Counted from the first letter of the stretch, positions 36,494-46,709 are shown. The stretch: DNA of 64,000 nt from Patescibacteria group bacterium (GCA_022710645.1 JAKLGL010000001.1:407296-471295), one strand, 5' to 3'. Numbers and translations are program-made. The notes: generated by a model from the letters alone, not told the origin.

Positions 36494-37552
36494 TTATTTA
36501 TATCTTTCTGTTTGGTCTTTAGCTGATTCAAAAATTACCTCATTTATATCTTTCGCCCCAGTCATGAGCATTACCATCCTATCAATACCGATAGCAATTC
36601 CTCCGGCTTTTGGCATACTCTCGCCAACCGCCTGGTTAAAATCTTCGTCAACCGGATAAAGCATTTTCCCAATTTTTTTTCTAAATTCGTAATTTTCATG
36701 CAAATGCTCGGCTTGCAATTTACCATCGTTCAATTCACCATATGCATTACCAAGTTCCAAGCCGTTTACATAGAATTCAAAACGCTCTACATAGCGATTA
36801 TCATTTGGATCGCTTTGGCAAAGAGAAGCAAGTAAACTCGGAAAACTATAAACAAAAACCGGTTTTTCAATTCCCAACTTTCCTTCTATTTCATTCAAAA
36901 ATATTTTATAAAAATTACTTTCATAAGTATCGTCATCACTCACTTGGTATCCTCGTTCTTTGGTTAAAGCATTCATCGTTTCCGTAGTTAAATAATCATC
37001 CAAATTAACCCCGACATATTTTTGCCAAAGTTCTTTCATGCTTATCCTCTCCCATTGTATAAAAATTTCCGTTTCTATACCCTTGTAACGTAGCTTATCA
37101 ACTCCGAGTTTTTTTGCCACATATTTATAAAGGTTTTCCACATCATCCATTATTTCCCAATATGTTCCGGGACCGCGATACCACTCAATCATGGTAAATT
37201 CCGGATTATGTGTATTACCAAACTCTTCATAATCGCGAAAAACCTGCAACATTTGGAAAACTTTTGGCCAACCGGCGGCTAATAATTTTTTCAAACCTAT
37301 TTCCGGCGAAGTCGCCAAAAATAAACGATATTCGGTTCCGTTTGGTTCGTGAAAATAAACCGGCATCGGGTCAAAATATTTTTCCTGATCAGTACTGATA
37401 AGAGCGGTCGGAGTAATCGCTTCTTTAAAACCGTTTTCCCAAAAAAAATCACGCACAGCTTTTATCGCGTCCATTTTTTTATCAAAAGTTTGTTTTAGCC
37501 TCGGATTATCCCGAAGTTCTCGCCAAGTAACCATAAATAAAATTAGATTCAA
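36494..37552 (-). CDS. EpmA/PoxA-like class II lysyl-tRNA synthetase paralog (EF-P beta-lysine ligase-like)
   Basis: A class II aaRS catalytic core without an anticodon-binding domain. FRDYEEFGNTHNPEFTMIEWY matches motif 2 and GIAIGIDRMVMLM matches motif 3. ~345 aa. Confidence 0.55.
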   Translation of the reverse strand: MNLILFMVTWRELRDNPRLKQTFDKKMDAIKAVRDFFWENGFKEAITPTALISTDQEKYFDPMPVYFHEPNGTEYRLFLATSPEIGLKKLLAAGWPKVFQMLQVFRDYEEFGNTHNPEFTMIEWYRGPGTYWEIMDDVENLYKYVAKKLGVDKLRYKGIETEIFIQWERISMKELWQKYVGVNLDDYLTTETMNALTKERGYQVSDDDTYESNFYKIFLNEIEGKLGIEKPVFVYSFPSLLASLCQSDPNDNRYVERFEFYVNGLELGNAYGELNDGKLQAEHLHENYEFRKKIGKMLYPVDEDFNQAVGESMPKAGGIAIGIDRMVMLMTGAKDINEVIFESAKDQTERYK

Positions 37553-37638
37553 TTAAAGCTTATATTAGCCAAAAAAATCATTTTTGTCAATATTTTGGTT
37601 GACGAATAGCCCTAAACAACCCTATAATTAGCCATATT

Positions 37639-38556
37639 ATGCCAAACTTACAAAAAGACATTCAAACCGCTTTGGAGAATATTTATATCTCTCCGCTGGA
37701 ACTGTGCAATCTCAATTGCCGTTATTGTTATACCAAAAAAACAAAAAATATTTTATCCGATAAAAAAATATTGTCTTTTGTAAATCGTTACAAAAAAGAA
37801 ATAACTCTAAAATCGATTTTATTTTGCGGCGGAGAAGTTTTTGCTCAAAAAAATTTTCCTAACTTAATCAATAAACTAAATAAACAAAATATTTTTATTT
37901 CTATTATTACCAACGGTACAATCAATCGTCTCAAAGAAATTCAAAATCCCAATCAAGTACAATTATTGATTTCTTTTGACGGCCCGGAGAAAATTCATGA
38001 CTATAATCGGGGACCCGGCAATTTTCAAAAAAGCGTTTCTTTCGTAAAACAAGCTGTGGCATTGGGATTTTTTGTAGAAATAATGTTTTTAATAAATAAA
38101 CAATCTTATCCTTATCGCAAAACTTTCAAAACACAACTTTCCAAGTTGATTGGCAAAGAAATAGTTTTGAATTACATGACCCAAAAAACTAAATTCTACA
38201 CAAACAATCATCCATTATCCAATGAAAAAAATGTTGATAACGCTTTAACGCCAAAACAAATTCTGGATATCAAAAAAAACTATAAATCAGTGCCAGATAA
38301 AAATTTCGGTTGTTTCCAACTTTCTTTGCAATCAGATGGAAAAATTTACGGTTGCTGCGAGTCACCGAACGCTTTGGTTGATAGTAATAAACCCATCAAA
38401 CAAATTATTGAAAAATTTAAAAATACGCTTTTGCCTTGCCAAAATTGTAAAACAAAAAAATGTCACGGCTGTTGTGCTCAAAATTTTCTCTGTGGTTATA
38501 ATCAAGAATTAAACACTGGCAATTGCCAAAATACATTTAAACTTCTCAATAAATAA
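37639..38556 (+). CDS. Radical SAM protein with a C-terminal SPASM-like Cys cluster
   Basis: CNLNCRYCY (CxxxCxxC) and C-terminal CCESPN...CQNCKTKKCHGCCAQNFLCG. Confidence 0.65.
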   Translation: MPNLQKDIQTALENIYISPLELCNLNCRYCYTKKTKNILSDKKILSFVNRYKKEITLKSILFCGGEVFAQKNFPNLINKLNKQNIFISIITNGTINRLKEIQNPNQVQLLISFDGPEKIHDYNRGPGNFQKSVSFVKQAVALGFFVEIMFLINKQSYPYRKTFKTQLSKLIGKEIVLNYMTQKTKFYTNNHPLSNEKNVDNALTPKQILDIKKNYKSVPDKNFGCFQLSLQSDGKIYGCCESPNALVDSNKPIKQIIEKFKNTLLPCQNCKTKKCHGCCAQNFLCGYNQELNTGNCQNTFKLLNK

Positions 38557-38598
38557 AAAACCCGCCAAATTAAAGCGGGTTTTTTAATAAACAAATTT

Positions 38599-39582
38599 TT
38601 AAGGAGTTATTTTGACCGGAACAAGAGTTTTAATCGTAGTCGTATTGAATAAGCTTGGTTTAAACTCGATTTTTGTCTGTTCTTGGGCGCGGATTTTACT
38701 CACTTCTCCGACCACTTTCATTCCTTTTTCATAAGCTTCTTTTTCAAGAGGCATATTATCATCATATTTAGCCAAATTTTCCGGAGTTAACACAGTAATA
38801 ACCGGATCAAAATCCATTGTCCAAATAGCTTTTTTGATAGCTTTCCAAAAATCGGAAACAAACCCGGCGGAAGCATAATCAAAAAGTTCATTAAACCAGC
38901 GGACCGCATATTTATCTCTATTACCGGCATATTGTTCACAATGAGTTAATTCGTGAGCCATCCAGTAAACTTCTCCATCGGATAAATCAGTAATTTTATT
39001 GACCGCAGAAAAAGTTTTAACATAATCTTCGTCCCCATACATTATTTTATAACCATCGGTAATTCCAAGATGGGGAGAATTTAATTTTTTTGCCAAACGA
39101 GGCGCATACCCGTAAACCACCTTGCTTAAATCACACTTTTTTATATCGTAATACGGAGAAAAATCCTTTATTGTCTGCGCGGAAAATTTTTGCATTTTGG
39201 ATCCTTTACCTAACCAATCCATATATAAACCGAAAACTTTGGACAACAGGCCGTTCCAACCGTTCCAACTTGACCATCCGGCTAAAACCGGATTACCTTT
39301 GTTGGTGTTTACTTCGGCCAAATAAATTTTTTCCAACAATATGGAGGGTTTAAAAATTTTATCATTTATCAACTTTACAATATCTTCTTCACTGAGAACG
39401 GCAAAATTGGTAATTGGAAGTTTCAAAGAAGACGTTCTGCTAAGCGCCGTATTGTTTATACTAAATACAATATTACTTTGAACAATATCCTGTTCGTTCA
39501 TGAAAATCTGATATGTAAGATAGCCGGTGAAACCGACAACCAAAAAAAATACAAACAACAAAATTTGGGTGGAATATTTCAT
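38599..39582 (-). CDS. Membrane-anchored putative zinc metallopeptidase (HExxH)
   Basis: An N-terminal TM and WMAHELTHCEQY. Confidence 0.45.
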   Translation of the reverse strand: MKYSTQILLFVFFLVVGFTGYLTYQIFMNEQDIVQSNIVFSINNTALSRTSSLKLPITNFAVLSEEDIVKLINDKIFKPSILLEKIYLAEVNTNKGNPVLAGWSSWNGWNGLLSKVFGLYMDWLGKGSKMQKFSAQTIKDFSPYYDIKKCDLSKVVYGYAPRLAKKLNSPHLGITDGYKIMYGDEDYVKTFSAVNKITDLSDGEVYWMAHELTHCEQYAGNRDKYAVRWFNELFDYASAGFVSDFWKAIKKAIWTMDFDPVITVLTPENLAKYDDNMPLEKEAYEKGMKVVGEVSKIRAQEQTKIEFKPSLFNTTTIKTLVPVKITP

Positions 39583-39664
39583 AATTAATTTTAATAAATA
39601 AAAAATTCGCTCCGGTTATATTTTACACCAAAGCGAATTTTTACTCAACTGTAAAAAATTATTA

Positions 39665-42562
39665 CTATATTTTCTCCACCGCCAATTGCATTTTCTCTCC
39701 GTCAATTTCTATTTCTTTGGCCAATGTGGCGCGTTGTTCTATCTTTTCCGCCAATACGCTTTGTTTAAACTTTTCCTCATTTTCCAAAACAAATTTTTTT
39801 AGCTCTTCGCTCTGTGTATCAAAAATCAAAGTTATTTTATCATTTACGGTCAATTTTTGATCTTTGCGCATTTGATTAACAGTACGCACAATTTCACGAA
39901 CCATACCTTCTTTTTTGAGTTCTTCGGTTATGTTAACGTCTAACCAAATTTTCAAACCATTATTTTCCTTGATATTTTCTTCGTAAGAAAAGCCTTTATC
40001 AAAAATCGCTTCTTTAACATTCAATTCTTCGGCTATGACCGCCAGTAAATCTTTGTTTATATCTTGATTAACAACTACAGCAAAGAGGGGTTGACGAACT
40101 TTCAAACCTTTTTCCGCCCGCAAAGACAAGCCGATTTCTACGACTTTTCTGGCTTTTTCCATTTCTGTCAAAATATCTTCGTCTATTTTTTCCGCTTCCG
40201 GCCAATCTTCCAGGTGTACGCTTTCTTTTTCCCCGCCAAGAGCCAAATATATTTTTTCCGCGATAAAAGGAGTAGCCGGAGCCATCACTTTTGATAAAGT
40301 TAGTAAAACTTTATAAGTGGTGGATAAGGCGGCTTTCTTATCTTCTTCATCATTACCTTTGAAACGATCACGAGATCGACGTACATACCATTGTGATAAC
40401 TCGGTCACAAATTCCAAAATCGGACGATTGGCTTTTACCAATCTGTAGTTTTCCATATTTTCGGTAATTTCTTTTACCAATAAATTTAATTTGGCCAAAA
40501 TCCATTTATCCAAAATATTTTTTGATTCTATTTTTCCCGGTTTTTTACCTTCGCTAAACATTTCATAAAATTCATACACATTCCAAAGTGTATTTATGAG
40601 TTTTCCATAAACTTCTCTGACACTTTCCTCGCTAAAATTTAGGTCTTCGGCTTCCATAACCGGAGATGTTGCCAAATAATATCTGACTGCATCTGCGCCA
40701 TATTTTTGTAATAACATTTCCGGATCAGGATAATTACGTAAGCTTTTACTCATTTTTTTACCGTCAGCGGCCAAAACCATTCCGTTTACAATCACGTTTT
40801 TGAAAGCCGGAACATTTTTTATTTTTGGAATTACTGATTTTCCTTCTTGTGACAGAGCGGTGGCCAAAATATGCAACGTATAAAACCAACCTCGAGTTTG
40901 ATCTTGTCCTTCAGCAATAAATTCTGCCGGAAAAGTTTTTTCAAACTTTTCTTTATTTTCAAACGGATAATGCATTTGCGCATAGGGCATACTTCCGCTT
41001 TCAAACCAACAATCCAAAACTTCCGGAATTTTATAATATTCTTTACCATCCTTTTTGATAATTATCTGATCAACAAAATGTTTATGCAAGTCGGTAATTT
41101 TTTGTCCGCTTAATTCTTCCAATTCTTTAACCGAGCCGATACAGATACGATCACCTTCTTTACTCTCCCAAATCGGCAACGGTGTTCCCCAAAAACGATT
41201 GCGTGATATTGCCCAGTCGCGCGCGGTTTCCAACCAGTCACCAAAACGACCCTCTTTGATATGCGCAGGAACCCAATTTATTTTTTGGTTATTTTTCAAC
41301 ATCTGGTCTTTAATATCAGTCACTTTTACAAACCAACTGTCAGTCGCGTAATTAAGTAACGGGGTATCACAACGCCAACAATGCGGATAACTATGCTCTA
41401 TTTTTTCTTTACTAAATAATTTATCTTGTCCGGCTAACCATTTGATAATTTCTACATCGGTTTTTTGCGGATCTTCTTTCGGCTTTACTTCTTGACCGAC
41501 AAAATCCTTCACCGCTTCTATAAATCTACCGGTCATATCTACGTGCTGCACCAAAGGAATTTTTTCTCTTTGCCCAACGTTGAAATCGTCCTCGCCAAAG
41601 GCCGGCGCAATATGTACAACTCCGGTACCATCAACCGTAGTTACAAAAACAGCGTTAACGACGCGAAAAGCGTTTTCTGTATTGGCAAAATACGGAAATA
41701 AAGGCTCATATTTCAAACCTGTCAAACGATCTCCTTCGATTTGTTTTACTATTTCAAAAGGAATATCTTTAAAAACCGTTTCCGCCCTATCTTTTGCCAC
41801 TAAATAATAGGTATTTTCCGCTTTTACTACCACATATTGAATATCTCCTCCCATTGCCAACAATACATTTCCCGGCAATGTCCAAGGCGTTGTGGTCCAA
41901 GCTAAAATATATAGTTCTTTTAAATCCAGTAATTCAGGATTGGCAACTTTAAATTTAACAGTTACAGAAATATCTTTTATATCTTTATAGCCTTGAGATG
42001 CTTCAAAATTGGAAAGTGGTGTGCTGCATCGTGGACAAATATGCATTGGTTTGTGTCCTTTATAAATAAGATTTTGATCCCAAAGCTGACGAAAAACCCA
42101 CCAGACACTTTCCATAAATTCCACATTCATAGTTTTGTAATCATTTTCCATATCAACCCAACGACCGATACGACGAACTGTTTTTTTCCACTCTTGGGCA
42201 TAAGTCATCACACTACTACGACAAGCTTCATTAAATTTGGCAATACCGTAATCCTCAATATCTTTACGTCCACCCAGGCTTAAATCTTTTTCAATAATAT
42301 TTTCTACCGGCAATCCATGGCAGTCCCAACCCCATTTACGCTCTACGCGAAATCCGCGCATAGTAAAATAACGCGGCACCACATCTTTCATCAAAGACGC
42401 CACAATATGTCCGTAGTGAGGCAAACCGGTAGCAAAAGGCGGACCATCATAAAAAGCATAGAGTTTATCTTCGGGATTTTTTTCTATGGATTTTTCAAAA
42501 CATTTTTTCTCATCCCAATAATCCAATATTTTTTGTTCTTCTTCGTTGGCGTTATACAACAT
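39665..42562 (-). CDS. ileS: Isoleucine--tRNA ligase
   Basis: PFATGLPHYGH, KMSKS (KKMSKSLRNY), CP1 editing region, 965 aa. Confidence 0.92.
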   Translation of the reverse strand: MLYNANEEEQKILDYWDEKKCFEKSIEKNPEDKLYAFYDGPPFATGLPHYGHIVASLMKDVVPRYFTMRGFRVERKWGWDCHGLPVENIIEKDLSLGGRKDIEDYGIAKFNEACRSSVMTYAQEWKKTVRRIGRWVDMENDYKTMNVEFMESVWWVFRQLWDQNLIYKGHKPMHICPRCSTPLSNFEASQGYKDIKDISVTVKFKVANPELLDLKELYILAWTTTPWTLPGNVLLAMGGDIQYVVVKAENTYYLVAKDRAETVFKDIPFEIVKQIEGDRLTGLKYEPLFPYFANTENAFRVVNAVFVTTVDGTGVVHIAPAFGEDDFNVGQREKIPLVQHVDMTGRFIEAVKDFVGQEVKPKEDPQKTDVEIIKWLAGQDKLFSKEKIEHSYPHCWRCDTPLLNYATDSWFVKVTDIKDQMLKNNQKINWVPAHIKEGRFGDWLETARDWAISRNRFWGTPLPIWESKEGDRICIGSVKELEELSGQKITDLHKHFVDQIIIKKDGKEYYKIPEVLDCWFESGSMPYAQMHYPFENKEKFEKTFPAEFIAEGQDQTRGWFYTLHILATALSQEGKSVIPKIKNVPAFKNVIVNGMVLAADGKKMSKSLRNYPDPEMLLQKYGADAVRYYLATSPVMEAEDLNFSEESVREVYGKLINTLWNVYEFYEMFSEGKKPGKIESKNILDKWILAKLNLLVKEITENMENYRLVKANRPILEFVTELSQWYVRRSRDRFKGNDEEDKKAALSTTYKVLLTLSKVMAPATPFIAEKIYLALGGEKESVHLEDWPEAEKIDEDILTEMEKARKVVEIGLSLRAEKGLKVRQPLFAVVVNQDINKDLLAVIAEELNVKEAIFDKGFSYEENIKENNGLKIWLDVNITEELKKEGMVREIVRTVNQMRKDQKLTVNDKITLIFDTQSEELKKFVLENEEKFKQSVLAEKIEQRATLAKEIEIDGEKMQLAVEKI

Positions 42563-42780
42563 ATTTTACAAAATTATTAAAAAATAAATAAAAAAACACA
42601 CTTTTGGTGTGTTAAGAGCCATTTTATAGGCGGTACCATCTTAACTTTAACTTAATTTATTAGCTGTTACGGGCTATCCCGAAAGAGTCTATTTTTCGCT
42701 AAAATAAGCGAATTTCTTTCTCCAACGCCCCAAAAAGGATCCTTGTTGATGACAAGTAATAGCGTTTTTAAGTTATTTTA
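42563..42780 (-). promoter_or_regulatory. Probable T-box riboswitch leader of ileS
   Basis: On the minus strand: AAGATGGTACCGCC (compare the T-box AGGGUGGUACCGCG; the UGGU bulge matches discriminator A). It is followed by the terminator acacac-caaaag-gtgtgt then T7, 35 nt before the ATG. An AUCA candidate specifier and a GGAGAAAGA sequence lie upstream. Confidence 0.5.
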
Positions 42781-42808
42781 ATCATACCTGTTTTCATTTT
42801 CTTTGTCA
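42781..42808 (-). promoter_or_regulatory. Sigma70-like promoter for the ileS leader
   Basis: Minus strand TTGACA, 17 nt, then TATGAT. Confidence 0.5.
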
Positions 42809-42860
42809 AACTGGCAAATGTATAAATAAAATTGCCAAAACCACTCAAATTCTATATAAT

Positions 42861-42892
42861 AACAATACTTTATAACTTTATAACTTTCAATT
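42861..42892 (+). repeat. Tandem ACTTTATAA repeats upstream of rpiB
   Basis: taacaatactttataactttataactttcaattgtgcttATG. Confidence 0.55.
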
Positions 42893-42898
42893 GTGCTT

Positions 42899-43336
42899 AT
42901 GTTTTACATTGCCGCCGACCACGCCGGTCACCATTTAAAAAAAGACTTGGAGCAACTTTTCAAAAACCAAAATATTGAATATGAAGACCTGGGAGCCAAA
43001 TCATATGACGAAAAAGACGATTTCGTGGATTTTGCCGTCCCTTTGGCCAAAAAAGTTGTGGAAACCGGTTCAAAAGGGGTTCTGATTTGCGGTAGCGGAC
43101 ATGGAATGTGTATGGCTGCCAATAAAATTCAGGGTGTCCGGGCAATTGTAGGATATAGCATTTCTGGAACCGAACTGGGGCGCAAACACAATGACGCCAA
43201 TATTTTATGTTTAGCCGGACGTGTTGTTACCAAAGATCATGCTTTAGCTATCATCAAAACATTTTTGAACACTGAATTTTCCGGCGAAGAAAGATTCGTT
43301 CGAAGAAATAAAAAAATCGCAGATTTAGAAAAATAA
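42899..43336 (+). CDS. rpiB: Ribose-5-phosphate isomerase B
   Basis: MFYIAADHAGHH and LICGSGHGMCMAANK. Confidence 0.85.
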   Translation: MFYIAADHAGHHLKKDLEQLFKNQNIEYEDLGAKSYDEKDDFVDFAVPLAKKVVETGSKGVLICGSGHGMCMAANKIQGVRAIVGYSISGTELGRKHNDANILCLAGRVVTKDHALAIIKTFLNTEFSGEERFVRRNKKIADLEK

Positions 43337-43345
43337 AATTTTACT

Positions 43346-43423
43346 GTCATCCTGAGCCATAGGCGAAGGATCTGCAAGTAAGATAATTGCTTATTACAGA
43401 TTCTTCACTTCGTTGAGAATGAC
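43346..43423. repeat. GTCAT...ATGAC mini-element (member 3)
   Basis: gtcatcctgagccataggcgaaggatctgcaagtaagataattgcttattacagattcttcacttcgttgagaatgac. Confidence 0.6.
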
Positions 43424-43433
43424 AAAAACAAAT

Positions 43434-44087
43434 ATGAAAAATTACTTAGTTCCGGCCATATTGGTAAAAAATTTTTCCGATTTAAAATTGCAGATAAAAA
43501 AAGTGCAAAAAGTTTTTCCACTTGTGCAAATAGATATCTGCGACAATCTTTTTGTCAAAAATAGAACTTTCAAAGAACGGTTGGAAATAAACAAACTTCA
43601 TCTCCCCTGTCGATTGGAATTGCATTTGATGGTAAAAAATCCTGAAAAAGAATTAAAAAAATGGGAAAAAGTAAAAAAGGTGTTTCGTGTATATATTCAT
43701 GCTGAAACCTTAAAAAATAATTTTGAAAAAATATTAAACATCATACAGAAAAACGGCTGGCAATTGGGCTTGGCACTAAATCCGGAAACCAAAACGCAAA
43801 AAATACAAAAATATTTAGACAAAATCGATGCTGTACTGTTTATGACCGTACATCCGGGGATCCAAGGACAAAAATTGATTCCGCAAATATTGAAAAAAAT
43901 AAAATCTTTTAAAAAACCACAAAAACTTTTGGTTGCAGCCGACGGCGGAATAACTTTGGACAATATCAAACAATTAAAAAAATCCGGAGTAAAGGAATTT
44001 TGTATAGGGAAAAGATTGGTGATGGCAGAAGATATTAAAAAAACTTTAAGAGAATTTAACAAACTAATTAAAAACCCTAATTCCTAA
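43434..44087 (+). CDS. rpe: Ribulose-phosphate 3-epimerase
   Basis: PAIL..., DICDN, HLMV and MTVHPGIQGQK...AADGGI. The start at 43434 falls after the repeat element. Confidence 0.75.
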   Translation: MKNYLVPAILVKNFSDLKLQIKKVQKVFPLVQIDICDNLFVKNRTFKERLEINKLHLPCRLELHLMVKNPEKELKKWEKVKKVFRVYIHAETLKNNFEKILNIIQKNGWQLGLALNPETKTQKIQKYLDKIDAVLFMTVHPGIQGQKLIPQILKKIKSFKKPQKLLVAADGGITLDNIKQLKKSGVKEFCIGKRLVMAEDIKKTLREFNKLIKNPNS

Positions 44088-44200
44088 GCTCTAAATTCTA
44101 AACAATATTTAATACTTAATATCCAATATCTAAAAACTTTTTATAATTTAAATATTTGAATTTTGACATTGTTTAGAGATTAGAAATTAGTGCTTAGAAT
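44088..44200. repeat. Palindromic intergenic element, TAAGCTCTAA family (member 2)
   Basis: ctaagctctaaattctaaacaatat...attgtttagagattagaaattagtgcttagaat. Confidence 0.55.
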
Positions 44201-44216
44201 ATTATATAAAAAATTT

Positions 44217-45170
44217 ATGTTAGACTTAATCATCATCGGAGGTTCCGCTGCCGGTTGTAGCGCAGCTATTTATGCGGCTCGCAGAAAATTAAATTTTAAA
44301 ATTATCACTCACGATATCGGAGGAGAAGTTGTTTATGCTGGCGAAGTAAAAAATTGGTTGGGAAACAAAAGTATTTACGGTTATGATTTAGCGCAAAACT
44401 TTGCCGATCATGTCCGCGATTACGGCGTAGAAATCGAGGAGGGCTGGAAAGTTTATTCTATTGAAAAAGAAAAGTCAGGTTTTACTGTTAAAACCAGAAA
44501 CAATAAAGGCGAGGAAAGAAAAGAATTGGCCAAAACCGTACTTATTGCGACAGGTATTCATCCACGACATCTTGGTGCTAACAATGAAGAAGAACTATTT
44601 CACAAAGGTATCACCTATTGCACGGTTTGCGATGGACCACTATTCAAAAATAAAACTGTGGCCGTGCTTGGCGGTGGAAATGCCGCATTGGAAGCCGCGG
44701 TAATGATGAGTAGTATTGCACAAAAAGTTTACTTGATGACCATAGAACCGGACACGGCTGAAAAAAAATTCGGCTTTCCGACCGGAGATGATGTTTTGAT
44801 TGAAAAAGTAAAATCTTTGCCAAATGTGGAAATCATTCATTATGCCAACACTTATGAATTTGTCGGAGAAAATAAATTGACTGGTTTGAAATATCGCGAT
44901 TTACGCGATGGAAAAAATGAAGAAAAAGAATTAGCAATAGAAGGCGCGATGATTCATGTTGGTATGGTGCCAAATTCCGATTTTATCGATATTGTAGAAA
45001 AAGATAGAGCTAAACAAATTATAGTTGACCGCCATCAACAAACATCTGTCCCGGGAATTTTTGCCGCCGGTGACGTTACAGATTTGCCTTATAAACAAAT
45101 TATTGTCGCCGCGGGACAAGGCACAGCAGCCGCTCTTTCCGCCATTGAATACCTTAATAAACTTAAATAA
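44217..45170 (+). CDS. trxB: Thioredoxin-disulfide reductase-like FAD/NAD(P) oxidoreductase
   Basis: DLIIIGGSAAG, the redox CTVCDG, GGGNAALEAA and GIFAAGDV. Confidence 0.75.
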   Translation: MLDLIIIGGSAAGCSAAIYAARRKLNFKIITHDIGGEVVYAGEVKNWLGNKSIYGYDLAQNFADHVRDYGVEIEEGWKVYSIEKEKSGFTVKTRNNKGEERKELAKTVLIATGIHPRHLGANNEEELFHKGITYCTVCDGPLFKNKTVAVLGGGNAALEAAVMMSSIAQKVYLMTIEPDTAEKKFGFPTGDDVLIEKVKSLPNVEIIHYANTYEFVGENKLTGLKYRDLRDGKNEEKELAIEGAMIHVGMVPNSDFIDIVEKDRAKQIIVDRHQQTSVPGIFAAGDVTDLPYKQIIVAAGQGTAAALSAIEYLNKLK

Positions 45171-45270
45171 TTTACAATTTTCAATTTAAAATTTTCATTG
45201 AATTTTCAATCACCGTTTTATCATTGATCATTCATTAAAAATTGAAAACTGAAAATTAAAAATTCTTATT

Positions 45271-45558
45271 ATGTCTCTTCCTCTCTTCGATATAATACTC
45301 AACGTACTCGCAGGATTAGGAGCCATCTTAATCACCTACGCCGTTTTTTTGGAACACGAAACTCGACAAGACATTGTCTTGGCTATTGGCGCTTTTTGTT
45401 TACTCGTTTACGCTCTCTGGATAGGTAATGCTATTTTTGCTTTAGCTATGGGCGGAGTATTCTTGGCTAGCATGGTTGAGTTTGTAGAAATACTTGTCGG
45501 TATTCACGATCCAATCGGGGCCAGTAAAACAAGTACTAATAACAAACCAAAGGAATAA
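45271..45558 (+). CDS. Small membrane protein
   Basis: Three hydrophobic helices, 95 aa. Confidence 0.5.
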   Translation: MSLPLFDIILNVLAGLGAILITYAVFLEHETRQDIVLAIGAFCLLVYALWIGNAIFALAMGGVFLASMVEFVEILVGIHDPIGASKTSTNNKPKE

Positions 45559-45590
45559 AAACAATCTTTTTAACTTCTTAGACAATATTT

Positions 45591-46577
45591 ATGTATAATT
45601 TACTTACTATTGGCGATGCGGTTGTAGACAATCATATAATCTTGGATGAAGCGGAAGTGGAATGTAATGTTGATAAAAAAACCTGCCGTTTATGCCTTGA
45701 TTATGCTGCCAAAGTGCCAGTTAGCGAAAGCTTTCAAAACATTGGCGGTAATGCTGTAAACACAGCTATTGGGGCCAGCAAACTCGGTCTAAATACTGCT
45801 ATTTTAACCGACTTGGGAAAAGACGCTAACGGTAAAACGGTTATTTCTGAACTCAAAAAATACGGCGTGGACACAAAACTGATTAAACTAAATCCAAAAA
45901 ACGAAACTCGTTTCGCTATTGTTCTCAATTACAAAGGCGAACGCACTATTTTATCATCTCATAAAAAGAAAGTATATTCCTGGCCGACAATATTACCAAA
46001 AACCGATTGGATTTATTATACTTCCCTATCCGATGGTTTTGAAACATTACAAAAAAATCTTTTCGCCCATCTCAAAAAACATCCGACCGTTCGTTTAGTT
46101 TATAATCCCGGATCTTTTCAATTAAAAAATTCTCTGAGCAGTGTTTTGGAAACAATCAAAAAATCTGACATTTTAATCGTTAATTTGCAAGAAGCGGAAA
46201 CTATCTTGAATACGACTTTGCAAAAAGAAAAAAGCATGGCCACTATTATTCATAAACTTCTTGCTCTAGGTGCCAAAGAGGTGGTGATAACCGATGCGGA
46301 AAAAGGCGCTTATGCGGGAAGCGTGGAAGAAGTTTGGTATATGCCTTCCTTCCCTGTTCAAGTCATAGCCAAAACCGGCGCCGGCGATGCATTTTCTTCC
46401 GGATATATTTCCGCCAGACAATATGATCACGATATCGCCGATGCTTTACTCTGGGGCATTGCCAACAGTTGTAGTGTTATCAGCAGTTTCGGTTCACATG
46501 CGAAGTTGTTGGAAAAAGGAAACATTACAAACTATATTAAAAAGCACAGCGAAATTCAACCTAAAAAGATAGCATAA
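45591..46577 (+). CDS. PfkB-family carbohydrate (ribokinase-like) kinase
   Basis: GGNAVNTAIGASKLGL and AKTGAGDAFSSGY. Confidence 0.8.
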   Translation: MYNLLTIGDAVVDNHIILDEAEVECNVDKKTCRLCLDYAAKVPVSESFQNIGGNAVNTAIGASKLGLNTAILTDLGKDANGKTVISELKKYGVDTKLIKLNPKNETRFAIVLNYKGERTILSSHKKKVYSWPTILPKTDWIYYTSLSDGFETLQKNLFAHLKKHPTVRLVYNPGSFQLKNSLSSVLETIKKSDILIVNLQEAETILNTTLQKEKSMATIIHKLLALGAKEVVITDAEKGAYAGSVEEVWYMPSFPVQVIAKTGAGDAFSSGYISARQYDHDIADALLWGIANSCSVISSFGSHAKLLEKGNITNYIKKHSEIQPKKIA

Positions 46578-46636
46578 AAAAACAAGCCGCAAGGCGCAGT
46601 CCCTCATCATTCGTTGCTAAACGAATAGGTGAGGGA

Positions 46637-46668
46637 TCAAAAAACACTCTGCCAAAAGCAGGGTGTTT
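46637..46668 (+). terminator. Rho-independent terminator (the same module as at 31381)
   Basis: acactctg-ccaaaa-gcagggtgttttt, preceded by the hairpin tccctcatcattcgttgctaaacgaataggtgaggga. Confidence 0.8.
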
Positions 46669-46709
46669 TTAAATAAAAATAAATAATTTCTTTTTAACTA
46701 CAATGTTTA

